Shown piece by piece: positions 29,353-38,894 of a stretch of 64,000 nucleotides of DNA. Location of the stretch: the IMG/VR virus record IMGVR_UViG_3300010935_000101, positions 29,068-93,067 of that record. The stretch is one strand, 5' to 3'. Below the pieces are notes generated by a model. That model had not been told where the DNA came from. It made no database searches and saw nothing but the letters and a program-made list of their open reading frames with translations. Within the stretch, counting starts at the first letter, position 1. Each line of letters opens with the position of its first letter. A program made the position numbers and the translations under genes. Source of the stretch: a virus.

Positions 29353-30624
29353 TTATTTACTAATATTTCTTAGATTTTTTTCTACTGCTTTAATAAAACC
29401 TTTATGGTCAACACCAATTATGGAATTACCAAACACACCTCTTGAAGCATTAATAGCCTTTTTCATTTGAGTATCTGAATAACCTTGACCTTGCAATCCT
29501 GCTAATTGATTTTCTATCCAAGGCCTATCATATGAACCAGGATCACCAAAGTCGTCAAACATGCTCTTTAGTGCAGTTCTAATACCACTTCCATCCCCAC
29601 TTTTTGGAGTAATTTTGTTACTCCAATAGTTGTTATCTATTTTATTATCAGTTTCTGATTGTTTTCTGGCTTGTTCAAGTTCTGCAATCTTCTCTGCATT
29701 TGTTTTTTTAACATTTATTTTATTGGAGATTTCAACAGCTGTTGTAGCAGATATTTTACCATCTTTATACAATTGTTTAAGCTCGTTGAGTTGATTTTGA
29801 ACTGATTCCTCAGGACTTAACTTTTTAGATATTGATTTAGTAGTTCCTTTACTTAGTTTCTTAACATTTGCTTCATCAACTGTAATTTCTTTACCATCCA
29901 TATATTCAGTTAATCCAGCCTTTTCCAATGCAATTTTAGCGGCTTCTTCATTGGACATTTGTACTGGAGCAGGAGTCTTAACAAAGTCTTTTAAGTTTGG
30001 AGTTACTCCCATTAGCACATCAGTCTCATAACCACTGCCCTTAGTAGTGGTAGGTGTCGGAGTAGCTATTAAATGATCATAAGTATCACTGAATATTTGC
30101 CCCATTTTTTCTAATTTAGCATCTAACAATCTTTGTCTATCAGCATCTACATCAGCTTGTGTGATCACACCTGTAGTTGTAGTAATGGTTTTATTAGTTG
30201 GCAGTCCTATAAAGGCTTCAGCAACCTTCTTTTGTTCAGCTCTGTTTCTAACGCCTTCGTTTATCAATCTCAGTTTTTCTTTCCATTCTGGATCAGCAGC
30301 TCTCTCTTTTTTTAATGTTTCCATAGCAAACTGTTGTTTAGCATTTTGAGCAGCATTCCATTCTGGTGTGCCTGGAGTGTTTCTTTTATCTATTCCTGCC
30401 TGTCTAGCATCTTGTGCAGCTTGTCTAGCATGAATTAAGTCTTTCTCATTTAAGAGATCTTGCCTAAGAGCATCTTGTCTAATTGTTTTCTGTCTATTAT
30501 CAATACCTGCAATAGCTTGTTTAGCCAAGTTCCCAATTAAATTGGGACCACTATTATACGGTGTGCTAGTAGGAAGTCTAGGCATACTTACTTGTTGTAA
30601 TCTTATTGGATCATAGAATCCCAT
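29353..30624 (-). CDS. Putative internal virion/ejection protein
   Basis: Cys-free, Q/K/A-rich, directly upstream of vRNAP. Confidence 0.6.
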   Translation of the reverse strand: MGFYDPIRLQQVSMPRLPTSTPYNSGPNLIGNLAKQAIAGIDNRQKTIRQDALRQDLLNEKDLIHARQAAQDARQAGIDKRNTPGTPEWNAAQNAKQQFAMETLKKERAADPEWKEKLRLINEGVRNRAEQKKVAEAFIGLPTNKTITTTTGVITQADVDADRQRLLDAKLEKMGQIFSDTYDHLIATPTPTTTKGSGYETDVLMGVTPNLKDFVKTPAPVQMSNEEAAKIALEKAGLTEYMDGKEITVDEANVKKLSKGTTKSISKKLSPEESVQNQLNELKQLYKDGKISATTAVEISNKINVKKTNAEKIAELEQARKQSETDNKIDNNYWSNKITPKSGDGSGIRTALKSMFDDFGDPGSYDRPWIENQLAGLQGQGYSDTQMKKAINASRGVFGNSIIGVDHKGFIKAVEKNLRNISK

Positions 30625-30633
30625 GATTTCTCC

Positions 30634-31119
30634 TTATCTAGCGTATGGAAGCGCTTGGCTACCATTCACTGAACCACCAGATTGTTGGAATGCCAATTCT
30701 GCTTCTTTTCTTCTAGCTTCAGCAGCATCTGCATCACTAAATTGTCTATCTTGGTATGCTTGTGATAATGCCATTTGTTGATTGAATCTATCGTTAGTAG
30801 AATCTTGTGCATCTTTTTGTAAACCGTAATCGGCTAATCCACCAAGTACACCAAGACCTAACTTAGCTGTTTCAGGATTACTCTCTAACCAATTACCAGC
30901 GGTACTCAACAATCCAGGAGTCGCTTCTGAGCCTACCCAATTACCACTTTTACTATCAAAAACTCTATTACCAGCTGTACCAGTTAACCAATCTCCAACA
31001 CCACCAATAGCCCCACTTTCTCCACCAATGCCATCAGATCCAAATGCCCAAGTTCCCAGATCACCTAATCCACCTACTGCCTTTGTACCAAAATCTGCTA
31101 ATCCATCATACCATGCCAT
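30634..31119 (-). CDS. Putative ejection protein (Gly-rich)
   Basis: Gly-rich, Cys-free, AGGAG RBS. Confidence 0.6.
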   Translation of the reverse strand: MAWYDGLADFGTKAVGGLGDLGTWAFGSDGIGGESGAIGGVGDWLTGTAGNRVFDSKSGNWVGSEATPGLLSTAGNWLESNPETAKLGLGVLGGLADYGLQKDAQDSTNDRFNQQMALSQAYQDRQFSDADAAEARRKEAELAFQQSGGSVNGSQALPYAR

Positions 31120-31175
31120 ATCATTCTCCTATTATCTATTTACTGCATCTTACCATAGTTTATATTAATTATTAC

Positions 31176-32684
31176 TTATAATTTTTCTGCTAATGCATTT
31201 GCTTTAGTAGTTGCATCTTCAATAGCCTTACCAGTAGAGTCTAAGAATAACTGAGCAGCCGTGTAATCGAATGCCGCTTTTTGTGCTGCCATCTTTGCAG
31301 TTGTTTCATTATAGCTAGCCTGTGTTTTATTAGTACTACTATTGTATGAGTCGGATATTGCATTTATTGCAGCATTATTGCCTTCCCATGCACTTAACTT
31401 CTCATTATAATCATCCATTAATGAATTTATTGTGCCTTGGAGCACTTGTATTTTTCTGTATATCGCTTTTTTTGTGGTAACTATTGCACTTGAGTTACTC
31501 CCATTTGCAGAACCCTTTGTGGTTTTTGTGTTGGACAGGAATACTCTTTCACTACCTAGTAATGCAGGCATTGCCGCTGCTTCGAATACAGTATCATATC
31601 CAACTGCTGCCATATTCTGCTCTTGTTGCTGTAAGGGGTGGAAAAATATACCACCACCAAAGAATGCATTGTATAACACTCCTCCTGCCATTTTATCAAA
31701 AACATCTTCAGCATCTAGAGGTGACTCTTTACCGGAAGTGATATTATGTAATGCTTTCCATTTAACAAGGTTTTGAAAGGATTGTTCAACACTCGGAAAT
31801 TGATGTCCACTATCTCCTTCTCTATCCACACTCATATCAAATCCTGCTAAATCACTAGCGTTAATATCACTAGTATTTATTCCCATGGCATTTGCCATTG
31901 CTTGTAATGTTGTGAATTGGTCATATACAGAATATAATGAAATAGCAGTGACCGCCACAGCTGCTAACTTGCCTGTGGAAGTTAAGTATCCTGACACACT
32001 TGCTAGCGTTTCTAGTGTCTGTATAGTAGTAAACACTCCATAAGCAAACTGTAGTATAGCTACTGTAAATTCGATTTGTTGTTGCGCTTCAAAAGATATT
32101 ACCCCTGTCAAGGCTGCTTGTTTAGATACAGCAACCACTGCAGATGCTATAGTCGCAATTGCGGGGGCTCCAATTAATGCCCCAGCAGCTATAGTTGCGA
32201 GTGACTCTAGTCCTATAGCAACTGAGGCAGGAACTCCTTGCGAGTACAGATGAGAAGCTAGTGAACCACTTGATAGAGAAGTGTAGGATTTAGTATTAGT
32301 GACTGTAAGTGAGTCAAAATCAAAATCTAAGTACCCCGTAGTTACTCTATTACTCTCAATAGTAATATCATCTCCAACTTTACCAAAAGCATGAGTTGTA
32401 ACTGATTTAAGATCCATATCATAGGAATATTCGTATTCTGTAGCAGGAGCAATATCGGTATTTAGAGTACTGTATTCTTTACTAAAACTCTCTTCTACAG
32501 TTCCCCAATCGTTATTCCCACCAGAGCCTCCATCTGCTGCGTCACTAGCATTTGAGGAGCCCCCACCTGCAGATTGTCCACCAGCGTCACCGCCAGCGTT
32601 ACCAACATCGTAAAACGTAGATAGCTGCTCTAGTGGGTTGTACTTGGCTCTTCTAACAAGGCCATCATTAAAGAGCTCAAACAT
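31176..32684 (-). CDS. Putative ejection/pilot protein with hydrophobic helices
   Basis: Gly-rich N-terminus, central hydrophobic segments, C-terminal coiled coil, no Cys. Confidence 0.55.
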   Translation of the reverse strand: MFELFNDGLVRRAKYNPLEQLSTFYDVGNAGGDAGGQSAGGGSSNASDAADGGSGGNNDWGTVEESFSKEYSTLNTDIAPATEYEYSYDMDLKSVTTHAFGKVGDDITIESNRVTTGYLDFDFDSLTVTNTKSYTSLSSGSLASHLYSQGVPASVAIGLESLATIAAGALIGAPAIATIASAVVAVSKQAALTGVISFEAQQQIEFTVAILQFAYGVFTTIQTLETLASVSGYLTSTGKLAAVAVTAISLYSVYDQFTTLQAMANAMGINTSDINASDLAGFDMSVDREGDSGHQFPSVEQSFQNLVKWKALHNITSGKESPLDAEDVFDKMAGGVLYNAFFGGGIFFHPLQQQEQNMAAVGYDTVFEAAAMPALLGSERVFLSNTKTTKGSANGSNSSAIVTTKKAIYRKIQVLQGTINSLMDDYNEKLSAWEGNNAAINAISDSYNSSTNKTQASYNETTAKMAAQKAAFDYTAAQLFLDSTGKAIEDATTKANALAEKL

Positions 32685-32745
32685 TATTTATTTTTCTTAA
32701 TATACTTTCGAATAGGGTAAACTCTCGTTAAAAAATGTACATGCA

Positions 32746-33159
32746 TTAGTTTACCCCTCCTGTAGTTCTCACTGTATCACCACTAGCACCACTACCATCT
32801 GCGGTATCAGTAATAGTAGCATCATTATAATTATGTGTATGTGTAGCATACGCTGCAAGTGCTAACTCTAGTGCCGCTAGTCGTGTTTCTAAATCATCTA
32901 TATGTGTATTTATAACTACAGTATAACTGGCATTAGTTGCATCGAGAATAGCTTTATTTGTGTGTGTATGTGTATCATTCTCTAGAGAACCAATCCTAGT
33001 AGTAGTTGTATTATTGAGTATATTATTGTTTCCATCATATGTCACCCCAAAACTTTGACTAAGTGGGCTTACTCGAGGATCACTAACTAAGGTGGATCCC
33101 CTTTCAATATTTCTCACATGGGCAATTGCAATTTTTGCAAGTTTAGAACCATCCGCCAT
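32746..33159 (-). CDS. Virion structural protein
   Basis: HTHTNK and HTHNY motifs typical of tail proteins. Confidence 0.55.
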   Translation of the reverse strand: MADGSKLAKIAIAHVRNIERGSTLVSDPRVSPLSQSFGVTYDGNNNILNNTTTTRIGSLENDTHTHTNKAILDATNASYTVVINTHIDDLETRLAALELALAAYATHTHNYNDATITDTADGSGASGDTVRTTGGVN

Positions 33160-33160
33160 A

Positions 33161-34078
33161 TTACACCACTACACTAACAGTAGTACTTGCTGGAGTACTA
33201 TCTAGTTTCTTCCATTTAGCCCCATCGTAGTACGTAATATCACCTGCTGTCCATACTTTAATACCATCTAACATTATACTACCACCAACAGAAACTACAT
33301 AGAAATCACCAAGGACTCCATCAGCTGCTCCAGGGAATACACCAGTGGCATCCCATTCACCTTTGTAATCTCTCAAATCCTCTACTAATTCACCTATTAA
33401 CGTATAGTATTTATTCCATTGATCACTACTAACTGTAAGTCCACCAGCTCCAAATGTTCCATAAGTGCTAGATAAACTATCAATAGCTTTAATATATCTA
33501 TTGTCTATAACTTGTTCTTCTAATGCAGTTTGTTGAGCACCAGTCATATTGACATCTGCTAATGCTTTATCACTTTGGTATTTTCCTAATGTTATTTTGT
33601 ATGGTTCCACACCAAGAGTAACAGCTAATGCACTTTTGGATGTGTCTATTTTATCTTGTTTAGAACTGTCATCTACGAGATTTGATATTCGTAGTTTATT
33701 AGTGTTCTCTTCAGCAGACTGTTTGCTCATTATAAATCGCATAGATTCACTTAATGCAGCACTCATGGATCCTAAGTACACCTTAGCGTAATTAGCACCT
33801 GTCAATCTAGTACTCCTATGTTGAGCCTTTGTCTGAGCATTAATTGATTCCATCAATTTATCGAATACACCATCACCTGTTACAACATACTCTGCATCCG
33901 TTTGAACATTATCAGTTAGATCTGTTATTAGTATTTCAGTAGGTACTAGCGCAGTACCAGTTTTATACTCAACCAGAGTAGTATCTATATATGGAGGTAC
34001 ATCTGTAGTCGTGGCCCAACTACCCCAAACATCTGTTATTAGTGCTCTTGTTCGTTTTTCTATTGTAATTGTAGACAT
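33161..34078 (-). CDS. Structural protein (N4 gp54-like)
   Basis: GDGVFDKLM...RLTGANYAKVYLG; synteny. Confidence 0.65.
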   Translation of the reverse strand: MSTITIEKRTRALITDVWGSWATTTDVPPYIDTTLVEYKTGTALVPTEILITDLTDNVQTDAEYVVTGDGVFDKLMESINAQTKAQHRSTRLTGANYAKVYLGSMSAALSESMRFIMSKQSAEENTNKLRISNLVDDSSKQDKIDTSKSALAVTLGVEPYKITLGKYQSDKALADVNMTGAQQTALEEQVIDNRYIKAIDSLSSTYGTFGAGGLTVSSDQWNKYYTLIGELVEDLRDYKGEWDATGVFPGAADGVLGDFYVVSVGGSIMLDGIKVWTAGDITYYDGAKWKKLDSTPASTTVSVVV

Positions 34079-34133
34079 TCAGCTATCCTTATATAATTCA
34101 TTATAGAATCCACCTTAGTGGACTCTAACTGAA

Positions 34134-34739
34134 TTAGTCCTTAAATTTTCTAGTATTTTGGGCTCTTTTCATTTCATCTATCTCATCTTGTGTCCATCCT
34201 TCAGTCTTAGTTACTCTGAATCTTGGCTGTGACTTTACAACTGGTTCCCCTTTACCATTTTTAGTATGTACTGACATCATAATTGCAGCTAGTTTTTTAG
34301 CAACTGTAAATGGTAATGCTTGTTCGTTACCATGCAATCCAACATTCCAGTTCTTTGGACCTGTTGTGAGGTTACCATACTGGATTGGGAATGTTCTTGT
34401 TTCATCATCATCATCAATTTGAATTGAATTCTGATGATCTGTGACAATGTACTTAAATTTCACTTGTTTCAGTTTAGCTCTTTCATGTTGATCCACAACT
34501 TTCTTGAGTGACACTTCTTTTGTAGCCTCAGGATTATTTTCAGGCTTAGCAAGTTCTTTTTTAGTCTCTTCGTTTATCTCATCTTGAGAAGCTTTGAATT
34601 CTTCTAATACTGTTACGTATTCAGCATTAGTAATCTTTTCTTTGTCTTTAGCAGATTCCACTACTTTATCAGTTAGTTTTAAACTTTCCGCAGCTTTAAT
34701 CAGCTCTTCTTTATTCATTTGTTTAAATGTCTTTTCCAT
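34134..34739 (-). CDS. N4 gp55-like protein
   Basis: Directly downstream of capsid; WTQDEIDEMKRAQ C-terminus. Confidence 0.6.
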   Translation of the reverse strand: MEKTFKQMNKEELIKAAESLKLTDKVVESAKDKEKITNAEYVTVLEEFKASQDEINEETKKELAKPENNPEATKEVSLKKVVDQHERAKLKQVKFKYIVTDHQNSIQIDDDDETRTFPIQYGNLTTGPKNWNVGLHGNEQALPFTVAKKLAAIMMSVHTKNGKGEPVVKSQPRFRVTKTEGWTQDEIDEMKRAQNTRKFKD

Positions 34740-34880
34740 TTTGTCTTTCCTTATTTTATAGTTAGCTATTACGCCATTGCTACGATCTCCAGATATCTCA
34801 ATCTGTACATTTTGTATTCTATCTTAATTCATCTTAAGGGGAGCTAAGTGGGAAATTAATCCCACCTAACTATTTAGTAA

Positions 34881-36302
34881 CTACGCAGCAGCTACAATTG
34901 CAGGGTTTTTAGAAACCGAGAACTTCAATGAAGCAATTCTCTCAGGACGGTAAATTAACATACCATAACTCCAGTTAGCTGAAATACCAGCCATTTGAGC
35001 ATGCATATCATTATGTACGTCTTTCTTAGGAGCGATGTATGAAGCAGCAGTACTGTTTCCACCGAATCCTGTGATTGTAAACGAATCATCACCAACTACT
35101 AATGCAGTAAATACATCATAGTCCCCATTAGTTTGGTAAGCAGCAGCTTGAGTTGCAGCATTTGCAGCATCAGTACCATTACCACCATCTACAGCTAGAC
35201 CAACTTGTAGTCCAGCTCCATATTCTCTCTCAAAGTCTTTACAAGTTACGAATCTGAATTGACCAATTTTACCTTGCTCACCATCTACTAGTTCTGTACC
35301 AGCAGCATACATTTCTTTTGGTGTCCATACTAGAACTCCACCAGGACCTGTCATTGCACGTAATGTTGGTAATACTTCAGTATTTACATAGATAATCCAT
35401 GCATCTGATACTGTTTTAGTATCTACTAAGTCAACACCAGTAAGAATTTCTGTATCCATTGGAACATCGTTGTTCAATAGGTATTGCTCTAATGTTTCAA
35501 GTGCAGAGTAAGTTAACACATCTAAACCATCAATTTCAGCAATTGTGTCTGTAGCTGGATTTACAGCAGCATTACATACGATTGCATTTACACTACCTGC
35601 AGCAATTAGATCTCTACGAACTTGCATTTCTTTTAAGTCTTGAACTGCATCAGCCATATACTGAATCTTTCTTGCAATTAAGCCTTTTCTTGAATCTAAG
35701 TCTACAGATCTCATTGAGAATTTGTGACCAATTCCGTGGAATGTGATGTTAGCAGTAACCATTTTACTGTAATGGTTTAGTAAGTTAATTACTCCACCTT
35801 CTTCTGGCATCTCAACTAATGGACCTTCTGTAGCAGCATAAGCAGCTTCACCATTAACCATACCACCTGAACCTGATACTACTTCTTCACCACCATTAGC
35901 TGCAGCAGCAGCAGCAGCTTTTGCAGCAGCTCTAGCTAGGGTCCATGTTGCGTATGTACCAGTTGCCCAATAGGCTTTTGTGTCGAATGAAGATGTTGCA
36001 GATGTGATATCTTTTGAACCTATTGGAACAACATACCATACATCTTGTAGAATTGTTGCTGTATTAGCATCAACACCACCATCAATTAGTACACGCTTGT
36101 CTAGCATACCATAACTTACTTCTCTTGATAACTTATCACCACGATTTTTTGGCATTGAGAATCTATCAGCTCTCACTGAAAAATATCTTTTTCTTTTTGG
36201 TACTTCTACTACCGCTTTTGTAACGAATTCATCGTTAAACTGTCTATCTATTGTTGTAGATGTTAACACACCAGTGTTAAATTCTCCTAATAATTCAGCC
36301 AT
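34881..36302 (-). CDS. Major capsid protein (N4 gp56 family)
   Basis: MPKNRGD, E.GG..N, GEQGKIGQFRFV, LVVGDDSF, W.YG.LI.RPERI. Confidence 0.9.
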   Translation of the reverse strand: MAELLGEFNTGVLTSTTIDRQFNDEFVTKAVVEVPKRKRYFSVRADRFSMPKNRGDKLSREVSYGMLDKRVLIDGGVDANTATILQDVWYVVPIGSKDITSATSSFDTKAYWATGTYATWTLARAAAKAAAAAAANGGEEVVSGSGGMVNGEAAYAATEGPLVEMPEEGGVINLLNHYSKMVTANITFHGIGHKFSMRSVDLDSRKGLIARKIQYMADAVQDLKEMQVRRDLIAAGSVNAIVCNAAVNPATDTIAEIDGLDVLTYSALETLEQYLLNNDVPMDTEILTGVDLVDTKTVSDAWIIYVNTEVLPTLRAMTGPGGVLVWTPKEMYAAGTELVDGEQGKIGQFRFVTCKDFEREYGAGLQVGLAVDGGNGTDAANAATQAAAYQTNGDYDVFTALVVGDDSFTITGFGGNSTAASYIAPKKDVHNDMHAQMAGISANWSYGMLIYRPERIASLKFSVSKNPAIVAAA

Positions 36303-36340
36303 TTTTATTTCCTTTTTGTATTACCCTAATCTAATAAGTC

Positions 36341-37558
36341 TTAACTCATTAGCATATTTCTGAATGCTGCCTTGAAGTCATCGCCCTGTAACTCTTCGAG
36401 TTTAGCGGGTGCCTTCTTAGGCTTCTTAACCATTTTCTTTTTACTCATAGAAGCTGCTTTCTTTCTATCTTCAGCAATCTTTGCTTCTTTTGCAGCTGCT
36501 TTCTTTTTGAACTCTTCAGCTTTTTTAGCTTCAGCAACTTTATCAACCACAACTTCAGCAGGTTTTACAACCTTAGCCGGAGCAGGTCTTTGTTGATTAA
36601 GTCTAGCCATAGCCATTCTGTATTTTTCAACAGAACTTACATCATCTAATATACCACTAGAGTCCAATAATTCCATCCTGTTGACTTCATTCTGTACAAT
36701 ATCATAGGTACCGTTTTGTAGATGTGTTAATAAGTCACTTCTCATTTTACCATCTTTAACAAACTCTTGTAGACTAGGAACATCCCAGTCTCTACCAATC
36801 ACATTGTTGAACTTGTCACCAATTCCCAGGTTAACAGCTTGTTCCTGTGCTTCCTCTATAAGCATCTGTGCACTTGAAGGCAATGTATTCTTTGGAGTAT
36901 ATTGAATATCTTCCAAGTCAAACTCCATCGGGTCCATATTCTTCTCTTTTAGCACTTTCTTAATTGCTTCAGGATCACCGTCCAACAAACTCATCGCTAA
37001 GTTGAATTTATCTGGGTCAGATACCATACCACGCTCTTCTAATGGTTTTAGGAATTTCTTGTATTCTTTGAATACCTTCATTTTGTCACTATACCCATGT
37101 AGCATTTGCTGTGCTCTAACCAAATCCTCAGGATTTTTGAATCCTTCAACTTCTTTGCCATTAGCTGTAAACTTAGCTAATGCCACTTTTTCATAGAACT
37201 CTTTATAATTGATTTCTTCAGCATCATCTGACGTTTCTTCAGATTCTTCTTCGCTTGTTTGAGTGTCTTCTTCCTGGTCTTCCTCTGCAGTTTCCGAAGT
37301 ATCCTCAGTAGAACCGTCGCTCTCCTGGTCTGTGTCTTCTTCCTCTTCAGTATCAGTTTCCTGGTCTGTGTCCTCAATGTCGTTTTCAGTTTCCTCAATG
37401 TCATCTATTTCTGATTCTGATTCTTCAACTTCAGTAGTCTCTTCTGTTTCTACTTCCTCGAATTCATCTTCATCTTCATTAATATCTGTAACTTCTCTAT
37501 TCTTATGAGTGCCATTGATCATTTGGTTCAGCTCTTCTCTTGCAGTTAATTCAGCCAT
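36341..37558 (-). CDS. Scaffold-like protein (N4 gp57-like)
   Basis: D/E-rich N-terminus, FTANGKE, Lys-rich C-terminus, just upstream of capsid. Confidence 0.75.
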   Translation of the reverse strand: MAELTAREELNQMINGTHKNREVTDINEDEDEFEEVETEETTEVEESESEIDDIEETENDIEDTDQETDTEEEEDTDQESDGSTEDTSETAEEDQEEDTQTSEEESEETSDDAEEINYKEFYEKVALAKFTANGKEVEGFKNPEDLVRAQQMLHGYSDKMKVFKEYKKFLKPLEERGMVSDPDKFNLAMSLLDGDPEAIKKVLKEKNMDPMEFDLEDIQYTPKNTLPSSAQMLIEEAQEQAVNLGIGDKFNNVIGRDWDVPSLQEFVKDGKMRSDLLTHLQNGTYDIVQNEVNRMELLDSSGILDDVSSVEKYRMAMARLNQQRPAPAKVVKPAEVVVDKVAEAKKAEEFKKKAAAKEAKIAEDRKKAASMSKKKMVKKPKKAPAKLEELQGDDFKAAFRNMLMS

Positions 37559-37560
37559 AA

Positions 37561-37935
37561 TTATTCTCCCTTCTTAGCAAACAACTCTTGTTTTTGCTTT
37601 ATAAGGATATCTCTATCAATTGCAGAATTTGCAGCTGATATTTTAACTGTACCTTTGTACTCTGGAGAACCCAAATATCTACTCAAGTTTTTGATTGTAT
37701 CTAATTGACTTAAGTAACTATCTTTATCATCCGGTTTAACTGTGAGTGGGTGGGTTAGTAAACTAAAAACTCTATTAGCTTCAATTTCTAAGTACCCTTC
37801 CATCATTACCAAACGGAACTCTTCCATACCCATTAACTTATCCAATGCCTTAGCTCTTTGGATATTCCAATCTAGAACTTCTAAGTTCTTATCTATGTTC
37901 TCAATTTCTTCATCAATGTTAAGTATCTCACTCAT
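37561..37935 (-). CDS. N4 gp58-like protein
   Basis: L.KL...EEFRLVMMEGYL pattern; synteny. Confidence 0.6.
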   Translation of the reverse strand: MSEILNIDEEIENIDKNLEVLDWNIQRAKALDKLMGMEEFRLVMMEGYLEIEANRVFSLLTHPLTVKPDDKDSYLSQLDTIKNLSRYLGSPEYKGTVKISAANSAIDRDILIKQKQELFAKKGE

Positions 37936-37990
37936 TGCATTAATCCTTTAGTTTACAGCTTTTAGGGACGGTCAGTTTATGGTCCAATTA

Positions 37991-38386
37991 CTATGCTAGT
38001 TGACCTAGCCCTTGACTTTGTCTCATTTGATTTGCTAATCCAGCTTTAACTTGATCTGGAATCTTAGCGTCCGCCATTACTGCCTCAGCAGGTACTTGAC
38101 CTTTCATAACAGCATTCACCATTGTTCTGGCGTATGTTTCTTGATCTGGAACACTCTTAGCAATACTATCTGACATTGCAGCATACTCCATTCTTGGGTC
38201 TCTAGGAGATAATCCTTGTGGTTCTTTATTTTTATTCATGTAATCGGCAAGTACTGAGTTTGGTGTACTCATATTTCCCACTTCCTGAGCAACACTTGCT
38301 TTTTGGTCTACTTGAGATTGTGTAGCAGCATTCTCAGCTCTTTGTCTGTTTAACTCTTGGTATGTAGGTGCTTTAGCCATTATCAT
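37991..38386 (-). CDS. Hypothetical virion-block protein
   Basis: AGGAG RBS, Q/A-rich. Confidence 0.6.
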   Translation of the reverse strand: MIMAKAPTYQELNRQRAENAATQSQVDQKASVAQEVGNMSTPNSVLADYMNKNKEPQGLSPRDPRMEYAAMSDSIAKSVPDQETYARTMVNAVMKGQVPAEAVMADAKIPDQVKAGLANQMRQSQGLGQLA

Positions 38387-38435
38387 TCTCCTATCATTTT
38401 GGTAATTTTATCATTCTGAACCTTAGAAGCAGCTT

Positions 38436-38894
38436 TTACTGCCATACTGTACCGTCTGGTAGTACGACTTTATCAATGCCTTTTCCTTGTTCTCTCTCAA
38501 AGTAGCCTCTTAGTTCATTAACATAATTCGGATTTCTTTTGAATTGACTCTCACTTGGAGCGTACACCCATCCGGATTTATCCTTTGACCAAGTGCCTCC
38601 TTCAGCTGCTTCCAGTCCTTTTATTGCGTAGGGACTTTCATCACTGAATGTAGGATGTCCTGGTAGCTTACCACCAGGGAGCCCAGTTAACCCCAATCCT
38701 CCTGGGTTATCTGCAGCGTGGAGTCCTTTAGCACGTCTATTGACTTCATTAGCTGCTTGACTATTAGTTAATACATAATTTCCTAATAGTGCAGAATCCC
38801 TTTGCAGGGAAGCTGAGTCTAGTCCAGTACTGTTTTTAGCAGCATTAACTAATTCCATAGCGTCTGCTAATGTTAGCATATTTGGACTAGCCAT
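38436..38894 (-). CDS. Hypothetical protein
   Basis: HPTFSDESPY...GGTW motif; overlaps portal stop. Confidence 0.6.
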   Translation of the reverse strand: MASPNMLTLADAMELVNAAKNSTGLDSASLQRDSALLGNYVLTNSQAANEVNRRAKGLHAADNPGGLGLTGLPGGKLPGHPTFSDESPYAIKGLEAAEGGTWSKDKSGWVYAPSESQFKRNPNYVNELRGYFEREQGKGIDKVVLPDGTVWQ

